From an uncultured Clostridia bacterium (lineage in GTDB: Bacteria > Bacillota > Clostridia > Christensenellales > UBA3700): a DNA stretch of 64,000 nt. The position numbers and the translations under genes are program-made. Each line of letters starts with the position of its first letter. Positions within the stretch are counted from its first letter, which is position 1. Below the pieces are notes generated by a model. The model ran no database searches. It saw only the letters and a list, made by a program, of their open reading frames with translations, and was not told the origin of the DNA. Below, piece by piece: positions 17,377 through 26,800 of this stretch. The stretch spans positions 5,100 to 69,099 of the forward strand of contig CALWKO010000004.1 of NCBI GenBank assembly GCA_944381275.1, read 5' to 3'.

Positions 17377-19278
17377 TTACTCGGATATATTCAAATATTT
17401 TTTGCAATCATTTGCAAAGCCGCATGCGTCCGTCTCCATTATCTGCACGCGGTAAGCCCAATAATCGCCGATGTTCGTATAGCTGCCCCTGTTGTAAGTC
17501 CAGCTCTCCACCCTGCCGGCGGTGACGCCCAGCTCTTCCCACATCCACGGCTGCCAGCCGTTTTTGGACGCGTGCGCCTGAAGGGCGTGCATGCTCTCGT
17601 GAACGGTGATGTCGGCAGCTTCGTCCAGCAGCTCCGCCGCGCTGTTTTTAAAGAGTATCTCCCTGCCGTCCTTGCAGCATACGCCGATTGCCCTATCGTA
17701 CTCCTTTCCCAAAAAGCAAAAGTCGTCGTGAAACTGCACGTCGGGCACGATCCCCGTGCCCATCAGCTGCATTACGGCGCGAGTGGCGGCGGTGATCGCC
17801 TCCCTCTTTTCGCTCACGTCCTTTTTCTCCCACAGCGTCCTTCTGTTTTGGCAGTTGTAGAAGTACTCTATTATCTTAGCGCACTTTTCCCACAGGGAGA
17901 TCCTCTTTTCGACTATCTCCCTTATCGCCTCGCGGCTGTCTTGAGGCAGGCAGCCGTAATCGAAGGGCAGCTTGCCGCCCAGCTTTTGCTCCGCCTGAGA
18001 GATGAAGTCGCCCCAATCGCACGGGAGCAGATATTCCTGCTTTTCCGCCTTGCGCAAAAAGACGAACGCGCTCCTGCTCCTGCCCTCGTCGCACAGCCAG
18101 TCTAGAGCGCTCTTCCAGCCCCTTCCTCTCCTGTGCTCCCTAAGCGCTAAGTTTATGCCGACATAGCCCATAAAGGCGTATTTTTCGGGCAGGCTCTCCC
18201 CTTCGCCGAGCATTCCTTCCTGCCTGAAAATATCCTCGGCAAACTCGCGCGAAGGCAGGGGCAGGCGCCTTAATTGCGCGGCTCCGCCGCCGGTGCGGTA
18301 TATCTCCGCGTCGCCGCTTTCGTCCAATATTATCGCCGCTCTGCCGCCGGCGGCGTAAGAGGACGCCGCCTTAATCACGCCAAGCTTGTTTGCGCCCGTG
18401 TATCTGCCGAAGTCGGTGATGAACACGTGGGCGCCCGCCTGCGCAAAGCGGGCGAATATGCCGCTTAAATCGAGCTCGTCCTTGCCCGTGAACTTGTCCG
18501 CTCCCACTTCAAGTATAGTCCCCTTCAAGCAGTGCACGGCGGCCAGCTCCGCTTCGTCTATAAACGGGGTGTTGAGCACTATCGCCGCGCAGACGGACGA
18601 TAAGTCCGCTTCCGGGAAGAGGGGAAAGCTCTCCCACTCGGTGACGCCGCGCAGACTGCGCGCTTCCTTGATGAGCTCTTCTTCTTCCCTTCTCCTGATC
18701 CCTTCGGCGCACTTGCGGGCAAAGTCCGCCGCGCCGTTTAATTCCGCGATCACCGCGCCCTTTACGTCGATAAACTCCACTCCCTTGTTGAACAGCGGAT
18801 CGGGGACGCTCATATCGGCTATGGCTTGCGCCTTTTCTTCGAATATCCGCTCCACCTCCGCGCACTCCGCCTTAGACGAGGTCATGGGGGAGCCGTCGGA
18901 CGAGCGCACGCGCGCGGCTTGCATGGGGGCGTCGCTTATTATCTCTCCTATGCTCTCCGCCAGCTTGGCAACGCTTAAAATTATCCTCTCGGTGTTGGCA
19001 AAGCCCTTGGCGCGGGCGGCGGGAGCGGCGCTTTCCGCAAAGTCCTGTATCTCCTCTTCCTTTTGAAGGCTGCACTTTTCCTGCAGATATTCCAAAAGCA
19101 GGCGCTTTGCCCTTATGCGCCAAAGCAGGGATAGCGCCCTGTCCTTGTTCTTTTCGTAGACGTACTCGTCCTCCGCCGCGGCGGCGAGCGCGCTTTCCTG
19201 CCGCTTGAGCTCACAAACGTCGATGAGGCGGAAGTACGCCTTGTTTGCTTCGTCCAATATGTCCGTTACGCTGCGCAT
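17377..19278 (-). CDS. HExxH metallopeptidase-like protein with a helical N-domain and a degenerate AAA-like middle (paralog 2)
   Basis: HESMH is encoded at 17587-17601, with a downstream QIMETDA. The protein is clearly paralogous to the upstream gene along its full length. AGGAGGGG RBS is present. Confidence 0.85.
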   Translation of the reverse strand: MRSVTDILDEANKAYFRLIDVCELKRQESALAAAAEDEYVYEKNKDRALSLLWRIRAKRLLLEYLQEKCSLQKEEEIQDFAESAAPAARAKGFANTERIILSVAKLAESIGEIISDAPMQAARVRSSDGSPMTSSKAECAEVERIFEEKAQAIADMSVPDPLFNKGVEFIDVKGAVIAELNGAADFARKCAEGIRRREEEELIKEARSLRGVTEWESFPLFPEADLSSVCAAIVLNTPFIDEAELAAVHCLKGTILEVGADKFTGKDELDLSGIFARFAQAGAHVFITDFGRYTGANKLGVIKAASSYAAGGRAAIILDESGDAEIYRTGGGAAQLRRLPLPSREFAEDIFRQEGMLGEGESLPEKYAFMGYVGINLALREHRRGRGWKSALDWLCDEGRSRSAFVFLRKAEKQEYLLPCDWGDFISQAEQKLGGKLPFDYGCLPQDSREAIREIVEKRISLWEKCAKIIEYFYNCQNRRTLWEKKDVSEKREAITAATRAVMQLMGTGIVPDVQFHDDFCFLGKEYDRAIGVCCKDGREILFKNSAAELLDEAADITVHESMHALQAHASKNGWQPWMWEELGVTAGRVESWTYNRGSYTNIGDYWAYRVQIMETDACGFANDCKKYLNISE

Positions 19279-19287
19279 CTTCCCCTC

Positions 19288-21213
19288 CTAATCCAAGTCG
19301 ATCGTGTGCCAAACGTCCTTTACGCCGCGCGTGCAGTCGTAGGCAAACGCCTCCGCGTCCGCCTCCAGCACCTGATTGCGGTATTTGTTGTAAGGTTCGT
19401 CTATCTTGTGGCCGTAGTTGAGAGTCCACTCCTCCACCCTGGAAAAAGTCACACCCGCGTCGCGGTACATCCACTCGCTCCAGCCCTCGGTTTTGGCTTG
19501 ATATTGCAGCGCGTGCATGCACTCGTGGGCGATCACCCCGGCGACGTATTCCGGATCGCTTTTAAGCAAGCCGTTCCTGTACATTATCACCTGCCCGCCG
19601 TTGCAGCACATCCCTTCCGCCTTTTTTGCGCCGGGGATGGAATCGTAAAATTCCACCCGTCCCTTCACCTTTACGCCCATGGCGCTCATCAAAAGGCGGG
19701 TAGCGAGGCTCACCCTGTCCTGCTTTTCCTCTATGCTCAGCATTCCCCATACGGAGAAGTCCGCGCCCGCGCAGCAGCAATATGTCACCAGCATGCCGCA
19801 CCGCTGATAAAAGGTTACGGGGGCGTTCATTATCTTTTGTATATTCCCCTTGTCCACCTCCGCTATGCCGTCGTAGTTGAACTCGGATTTTGCCGCGGGA
19901 GCTTTGCCGGGGTCGGAATAATCCCCCCAGCCGCTGTCTAAAAGCTGACTCTGCGTGGGCAGCTCCTTTAAATATTTTTCCGCGCGCTCCGCCCTGCCGC
20001 GCACATGCGCGGTTACGACCTTTCTCCAATCAATGCCGCGCGCGCGGGCGCGCACCGCCATATTCAGCCCCGCATAGCCCATAAACGGCAGATATTCGCG
20101 CATAAAGCGCATATCCTCGGCGCTGTCTTCTATCATGCCGCGCGCGCGAAGGAACTCCTTTACGTCGATAAAGCCGGGCATGGTGAGGTAGGTAAAGCCT
20201 ATGTCCTCCGCGCCGACGGCGTGCGCCGCCCGCGTGTAGAGCTCGCGATTGCCGCTGCTATCCACGATAAACGCCCTATTGCCGCCCTTGCCGTATTCCG
20301 TGCACAGGCGGAAGATCTCCTCCTCGTTTTCGCCGCCGTAACCGTTCAGCCCGGTGACCATGACCGCGGCTTTTTCGCGCAGGAATATTTCAAAGGTCTT
20401 CTTCAAGCCCTCCTCGCTCCTGCCGGCGAGCAAATCGCCGCTCAGCTCGTATATCGGCCCCTTGCTGTTTTGCACGATAAACAGCTCCGCTTCGTCTTGG
20501 AAGGGGGTGCACAAAAACATCGTGTTTGCCTGTGAAGCGTCTATAAGCGCGGTATATTCGCAATACTTCCACTCGGTGGTTTCGCGGATGTCGCGCAAGC
20601 CGGTAATGATGTCCTTACCCCGCTTGCACTCCAGCTCGAAGGCGCACTTTTCCGCAAACACCCTCACCTTTTTCAGCTCGCGCAATATCTCCGCCTTTAC
20701 GTCGGGGAATTTCACGCCCTTGTTGAAGAGGGGGGAAGGAAAGGCGATTGCCTCTATCTGCTTTTCCTTTTGAGCAAACGCCCTCTCTGCCTCGCGGCAC
20801 ACTTCTTCACTTTCCGCAACCCTCTTCCACTCGCGGCTGCGCACCTTGCAGGCTATCTCGTCGGCGTCCTTCATGACGTCGTTCACCCGCGCGGCGCACT
20901 CCGCCAAGGCGGATAATATGAGGGCGGTTTTTTCGTAGCCCTTCCCCTTGGCAAGGGAGGCTTTTTCTTTGGCAAAGTCAATGAGCGCGGCGGCGTCCTC
21001 GCCGTCGTACCCCTCCTCGAAGTAGATCAAGGCGAGCCTTTTTGCGGTTATGCGCCACATGAGCGATTCCCCGCGCTCCCTGTTTTCGGACGAAAGCCAG
21101 CTCTGCTTTATGAGAGCCTTTACTTCCCTCTCCGCCCCGCCGAGCTCTTCGGCGTTTACGGAGAAGTAGTATACGGTGTTCGCCCGCTCGAGTATGTCCT
21201 TTGCCGTTTCCAT
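19288..21213 (-). CDS. HExxH metallopeptidase-like protein with a helical N-domain and a degenerate AAA-like middle (paralog 1)
   Basis: HECMH is encoded at 19513-19527, with a downstream QVLEADA. It shares N-terminal (DIL..AN..Y....L.WRI.AKRL), middle and C-terminal blocks with 17377..19278. Confidence 0.85.
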   Translation of the reverse strand: METAKDILERANTVYYFSVNAEELGGAEREVKALIKQSWLSSENRERGESLMWRITAKRLALIYFEEGYDGEDAAALIDFAKEKASLAKGKGYEKTALILSALAECAARVNDVMKDADEIACKVRSREWKRVAESEEVCREAERAFAQKEKQIEAIAFPSPLFNKGVKFPDVKAEILRELKKVRVFAEKCAFELECKRGKDIITGLRDIRETTEWKYCEYTALIDASQANTMFLCTPFQDEAELFIVQNSKGPIYELSGDLLAGRSEEGLKKTFEIFLREKAAVMVTGLNGYGGENEEEIFRLCTEYGKGGNRAFIVDSSGNRELYTRAAHAVGAEDIGFTYLTMPGFIDVKEFLRARGMIEDSAEDMRFMREYLPFMGYAGLNMAVRARARGIDWRKVVTAHVRGRAERAEKYLKELPTQSQLLDSGWGDYSDPGKAPAAKSEFNYDGIAEVDKGNIQKIMNAPVTFYQRCGMLVTYCCCAGADFSVWGMLSIEEKQDRVSLATRLLMSAMGVKVKGRVEFYDSIPGAKKAEGMCCNGGQVIMYRNGLLKSDPEYVAGVIAHECMHALQYQAKTEGWSEWMYRDAGVTFSRVEEWTLNYGHKIDEPYNKYRNQVLEADAEAFAYDCTRGVKDVWHTIDLD

Positions 21214-21216
21214 GCC

Positions 21217-22725
21217 TTACATGTCGTCGTCGGAGAAGGGCTTGGCGCCGCGGCGCAGCTTCTCTTCTTCCTCTTCTTCCGCTTCAAGCGCCGTATCGGC
21301 GTCCCCGGTGAGGGCGGCGGTCTCCCTGTCGAACTCGTCTTCTTGCAGCTTCAAGTCCTCTGCCGACACGGTTTCCTTTTCCTCCACGCGGTAGCCGTCC
21401 ATCGCCTCGTACAGCTTGTCGACGTTGATGACGAACTCCTTGCTTATATTCTCTTCCGCCACTATCTCCGCCTGCGCGCTGATAAATCCGTCGATGAACC
21501 TCTCCATCTCCGCATTGGTCAAACTGCCGGTGACGAGCTGCTGCAAGCTGTCTACGCCGATCCTCTCCATTATCTTGGCGAACAGGACGACGTTGATGCT
21601 GCACGAATTTATAAATGCCACTATGCCCTTTACCGTACGCAGCTTTTTCCTCGTCGCCTGAGATTGGTTCCTCATCCTGCGCAGCATTCTTTGCGCCTCG
21701 AGGCTGCTCTTTTGCAAGTCGGCGATCTCTTCCTTTATGCTGTTGTATCGCCTTATCGCCCTTTGCTTTTCCGCCGAGCCGGGCGCCAATTCGCCGTTCT
21801 TGTTCTTTAAAACTATATCCTGCTTTTCCTTTTCCAGTTCCGCCGTTTCTTCGTCGCAGCGCTTTATGTCCTGCTCGTATTCGAAGATATATTTGTTGAT
21901 GTTATCGTTAAGCATATTTTCCTGCGCCGCGATTATCGCCTGCGTGGAAGCCATGCTCTCGCGCAAATACGTTGCGCCCTTGACTATCCACGTCACATTG
22001 GTCATGGTGACGGACTTCATTGCCTCTTCAAAGGAGATGTTGTAGGTATTCAAATCGTCTTTTGAGGGCTTTTTGCCTATCTTGGTGATGGAACGCCACT
22101 GCCTTGCCTGCCTGAGAGCCTCTTCCAGGACGGCTATGTGCCTGCTTTCGCACGAGCTCGTCTTGCAGCACTGCACCCAATCGTAAATGGCGTTCACCAC
22201 GTCGTTAGCTTTCTTGAGCGCGTCCGCGGAGGTGTTATCCCACACTTCCTCTATCGTGCCGCGGAGTTCGCCGAGCAGCTCCTGCGACCTTTGAAAGTTG
22301 GCTATGCTTGCGGGCGTGAGCGCAACTTTTGCGGCGGCGTCGGCAGCCTTGTCGCAGAAATCCAAATATTTGATCACTTCACCTTTAAAGTCCATTTTGC
22401 CCTCCTTTATCTTGGGATTTTTTACTTCAGACAAGAGTTTTTCCCGTTTTTCCTTGTAAGTATTTAGCTTTTTTGCCGCTTTGGGCTCGCTTAATTTCAC
22501 CGCCAGGGAGATAAGGTCCTGTATGGCGTCCTTCTCCAGCTTGAAATCGTCGTTCATTCCCCTGCCGGCGAGCGCGTAGACGTCGTCCACCAGCACGTCG
22601 GAAAGCTCCTGACAGCCGTCGCTGCCGTAGCCGTTTGCGATGAGGTCGCAAAAGTCGTCGTCAAAGGACACTTCGTTGGCTTGAAGCACCTCGGCTATCC
22701 TGCGGATTTTTTCCTTTTTATCCAT
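21217..22725 (-). CDS. coiled-coil protein with a Snf7-like C-terminal half and an acidic tail
   Basis: GGAGG RBS is present and the start overlaps the upstream stop (TAATG). It has long heptad-like helices. The C-terminus reads ...MERFIDGFISAQAEIVAEENISKEF...EDEFDRE...EEEEEEKLRRGAKPFSDDDM. Confidence 0.8.
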   Translation of the reverse strand: MDKKEKIRRIAEVLQANEVSFDDDFCDLIANGYGSDGCQELSDVLVDDVYALAGRGMNDDFKLEKDAIQDLISLAVKLSEPKAAKKLNTYKEKREKLLSEVKNPKIKEGKMDFKGEVIKYLDFCDKAADAAAKVALTPASIANFQRSQELLGELRGTIEEVWDNTSADALKKANDVVNAIYDWVQCCKTSSCESRHIAVLEEALRQARQWRSITKIGKKPSKDDLNTYNISFEEAMKSVTMTNVTWIVKGATYLRESMASTQAIIAAQENMLNDNINKYIFEYEQDIKRCDEETAELEKEKQDIVLKNKNGELAPGSAEKQRAIRRYNSIKEEIADLQKSSLEAQRMLRRMRNQSQATRKKLRTVKGIVAFINSCSINVVLFAKIMERIGVDSLQQLVTGSLTNAEMERFIDGFISAQAEIVAEENISKEFVINVDKLYEAMDGYRVEEKETVSAEDLKLQEDEFDRETAALTGDADTALEAEEEEEEKLRRGAKPFSDDDM

Positions 22726-23849
22726 TAAAATCCTCCGTTTTGCACATATTCTGCCAATTTCTTTACGGCATCATTCATGGTGCCTATTTTGGATTTGCAC
22801 ATATAAACGTCGTCGTCGAGGAAGGTGAGGTCTTCGCCCGCGCCGCCGTCGATTATCGTCTTTACCGCGTCGTAACGTGAGGAAGTGAGCGCCTTTTGTA
22901 TCCTGCCCAAGGCGAACTTGCCGAAAAAGCGGTGACCGCCCTTTTCGTTGAAGAAGAACAGCCAATAGTCCGCTCCGTCCATCACTTCACCGTCTATGTA
23001 TTCGTTGAATCCCCTCTCGTTTTTAAGGGCGGTGAAGGTTTCGTCCATGCTCACCTTGCCGCTGTCCTCCGCCGCCTGAGCCGCCGCGACGAAAAGCCCC
23101 CTTCTGATCAGCTTGATGACGGTGTAACTGCCCACTCTCTTTTCTTTAAGCTCCTTCAGCTCGCCGCCGCTCAGCCGCATCACGCCGAAAAGCGGTGCGT
23201 TTTGGCGGGCAAAGCAGGACATCAGCTTGGAAAAAGCCTGCTCTACCGCGCTCTGCTTTATGCCGCTCACGAGCGGACGGGGGAATTCCACGCCCAGCCT
23301 TTCCTTGATCATCGCCAGGTTGTTTTCGTAATTGAACTTATCGCTGCTTGTGAGCTCTTCCGGCGCGGAGGCGAGCATTTTGAGCAGATACCCAGCCGCC
23401 TTTATGCGAATGGCGCGGAAGTCGTACACTCCCTTCACCCCTTCCTTTGCCACCTTGAGCTCGGAGGAAGCGTAGCACACCGCGCTGTAATAGGCGTATG
23501 CCGCGCGGCAGCGCGCCGCCTCGCTCTTGTTTACCTCGGTATAGTCCTTGTCGTAATAATACCCCAGGCGGACGACCGCTTCCGGATTGCCCATGGCGGC
23601 GGCTTCGCGGGTGAACTCTATCGCCTTTTCCAGCTGCTCGCGCACCCTTTCCGCTTCGCCGCGGGACGCCCCTTCCAGCCAGTTGTGGTAGCAGCATTCC
23701 GCCAGCTTGAAGAGCTGTTCGTTATCCGCGGTAATCTCAAAGTCGGACATAACTCCGCCCAGCTTTGCCTTGCAGTCGGGACACGCCCATTCCCCGTTAT
23801 ACAGTTCAAGGGGCTGTTCTATCGTATGCTTACATTTTTCGCAAATCAT
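22725..23849 (-). CDS. zinc-ribbon plus Sel1/TPR-like repeat protein
   Basis: The N-terminus is CEKC...x17...CPDC. A Sel1-like repeat follows: AAMGNPEAVVRLGYYYDKDY...EAARCRAAYAYYSAV. Confidence 0.8.
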   Translation of the reverse strand: MICEKCKHTIEQPLELYNGEWACPDCKAKLGGVMSDFEITADNEQLFKLAECCYHNWLEGASRGEAERVREQLEKAIEFTREAAAMGNPEAVVRLGYYYDKDYTEVNKSEAARCRAAYAYYSAVCYASSELKVAKEGVKGVYDFRAIRIKAAGYLLKMLASAPEELTSSDKFNYENNLAMIKERLGVEFPRPLVSGIKQSAVEQAFSKLMSCFARQNAPLFGVMRLSGGELKELKEKRVGSYTVIKLIRRGLFVAAAQAAEDSGKVSMDETFTALKNERGFNEYIDGEVMDGADYWLFFFNEKGGHRFFGKFALGRIQKALTSSRYDAVKTIIDGGAGEDLTFLDDDVYMCKSKIGTMNDAVKKLAEYVQNGGF

Positions 23850-23861
23850 ATTGCCTCCTTA

Positions 23862-26800
23862 TCACGCCTGCTCTTCTTCCTGCGCGGCGGCTATGGTAAA
23901 GTCCTTTCTTGCGCTGCCCGCGTCCACGGCGTAGTTATCGCTCGCGGAGCTTGCTGTCACATAGTACTCGCCCGCCGCGGAGGGCATGCCCTCGAGCGCC
24001 TGTCCTTCCTTGTTATAATAGGTATAGACGATAAAGGCTTCCGCGCCCTCGTCGCTCACCTCGGCGGAGGGAGCCTGCGGCTCGCCCGATTCGATAAACT
24101 CCTCGCCCCGCCAAGTGACGGTGACGGTCTTTGCCGTGATGTCGTATTCGCACTCCGCTCCTATCGCCGTATAGTTGGCGCTGCCTATGTTCGCCGTTAC
24201 GGTGTAATGCCCTGCGTCGGCGCCGAAGCCGCCGTAAGTTATATCCAAATCGTCCATATCGTCGGCGCTTGCAAGATTGTTTACGCTTTCAACTTTGGGA
24301 TACTGCGCCTCGCCGCTGTATTCAAAGGACGTTTCGCCGTCCCAGACGAGGGTGACTTCGCGCTTTGCTATGGTGAAGGCTGCGCTCTCGCCGCTTGTTA
24401 TCGTGTAGTTATCGTTGCCCAAAATCGCGGTCGTGACGTAATCGCCCGCGTCCGAGGCGCCGCCGTTGACGCGGTAAGTCAGATCCAGGGAATTAAGGCT
24501 GTCCCCTTCCGCAAGATTTTCCGCGCTCTCCACGACTATGCTGTTTCTCGTGCCGTCGTAGGTGAAGGTGCGCTCCTCCTGCCACACGAGCGTTACGCCG
24601 CGCTTTTCTATGGTGAACGAGGCGCTTGCGCCGCTCGTTATCGTGTAGTTATCGCTGCCCAAAACCGCACTCGCCGTGTACTCGCCCGCGTCCGAGGCGG
24701 AGTTGTTGAGGCAGGATATGTTTAAATCGGCAAGCTCTTCTCCGCTTGCAAGATTTTCTGCACTCACAACGGTTATGCTCTTTTCAGTGCCGTCGTAGGT
24801 GAAGGTGCGCTCCTCCTGCCACACGAGCGTTACACCGCGCCTTTCTATGATGAAGAGCGCACTGCCGCCGCCCGCTATCATGTAGTTGACATTGTCTGAG
24901 CCCAACCTTGCGGTCATCGTGTAATTGCCCGCGTTCACGGCGGTGCCTTCGGCAACGCCGGTATATAAATGCAAATCGCTCATATCGTCGCCTTCGGCAA
25001 GATTTTCCGCACGGAGCACGCTCAAGCCCTTATCGGTGCCGTCATAGATGAAGTTGCACTCCTCCTGCCACACGAGCGTTACGCCGCGGCGGGAGATGGA
25101 GAAGGAGTATGTGTCGTAAGCGGCGTTGAGCTCGTAGTTTTCCGCATCCAGCGTGACGGTCACCGTGTAACCGCTGCCGGCGTTAACCTGCCCTCCGCCG
25201 TAGACAAGGCTGCCGAGCAGCATCTGCTCGTCCTCATCGTTCAGCGCGCCGGGTATCTGCGTGACCGCGGGGTGCTGCTCCCGCCCGTTGTATACAAAGC
25301 TGTTGGTATCCCAATATGTGGTCGCCACCGTGCGCTTGCTTATTTCGTAAGTATAGGTCTGCGCGTCGCTGAAGACGTAGTTGCCCTCGGGCAAGGTGAC
25401 TTCCACCGTGTGTTCGCCCGCATTTACGCCGCCGCCCGATATTATCGAGTAGGAGAGGGAGCGGATAATGCTCGTTTCCTCGCCCGTAACTTCCCCGTTT
25501 ATGCTCTGCACGGCGGGGTTTTGGACGGAGCCGTTATATGAATAACTAACCCCTTCGCGCCAATTGACCGTTATGGGGCGGGCGGTTATCGTCACCTGCG
25601 CGGTGGGATTGGTCAGGATATAATTGCCGCTTGCCAAAGTTGCGCGCACGGTGTACTGCCCCGCGTTTACGGGATTTCCGCTCAAGGTGTATTCAAGAGC
25701 TCCGTCTTCCCCTATGCCCTGTATCGTGACGGCGGGATATTGCGCCGAGCCGTTATATACGAAGGATAGGGTCGAATCCCACTGCGCGCTCACCTCGGCG
25801 CGAGCCACGGTAAAACTCACGCTCGCGGTGGCGGCGGATATTGAGTAGTAATCGCCCGAATCGCTCGTAAGATATACGGATGCGGTATAATTGCCCGCAT
25901 TCCTCACCGCAGCGCCCGACATGGCGTACTGTATCTCGTTGCCGTCCACTTCCGCGCCTTCCTCGGGGGCGCAGATCGCCGTTTGACTGAATCCCGTATA
26001 TTCGCTAGGCAAGGTCCACTCGAAATCCACCGTCTTTTTAGCCACGTTGACGTAGACCGCCGCCGTGGTTTCCCCTTGCAAGGAGGTTATCTCGGGAGCG
26101 GACGCGGTCACCGTGACAGAGTAGTTCCCGCTGTTGAACGGGGCGAGGAGGCCCAGGTCCACGCTCTGCCCGCTCTCCGCCGAAGTTATCGCCGCGCCCT
26201 GCCAATCGTAGGCAAGGCCGAAGCCCTCCGCGGGAGCGGTGACGTCGGCGCCGAGCACCACCTCATCGCCGTAGGTGAAGGAAGTGCCGCCCGTGATCGT
26301 TATCACGCTGTCGTTCACCTTCCACTGAGGGAATACGTATATCTCGTTAGAAGAGGTAGACGCCGAGCCGAGGAGCTGACTGAACGGCGTCCTCATGTTC
26401 AGCTGCGTTCCGCCCTCATACCAGGTATAATTCCAGCTCTCGACCGAAAGTCCCTCGCGCGCGGGAATGCTCTCGAGCAGCTCGTCGGCGGTGGAGGGCA
26501 CGGCGTAGCGATATTCCAGCGTCTGCCCTTCCAGCTCCGTATTCTTATATGTGAGCGCCGTTTCGTACACCTCGTCGTTGTCCTCGCCGATGTACACCCT
26601 GTACACCCTTTCAAACGACGCTTGCAGCGACATACCCTCGGTTATCCGCATATCGGTCATCGCCGCGCCGTAATCGTTCACGGGGCCGGAGAAGATGTAT
26701 CCGCCGAAGTTGACATCGCACCAATACAGGTCGGCAGCCGAGTTCTTATCCGAGTGCAGCATATAGGGGAAGTCCTCTTCGTACTCGCTTATGTCGAAGA

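Noticed and set aside
22896-24725. 609-aa ORF on the plus strand
   Set aside because: It is antisense to the Sel1 gene and the MBG-repeat gene. Its internal repeats merely mirror the MBG tandem repeats, and its composition is Arg/Ala/Gly/His-rich.
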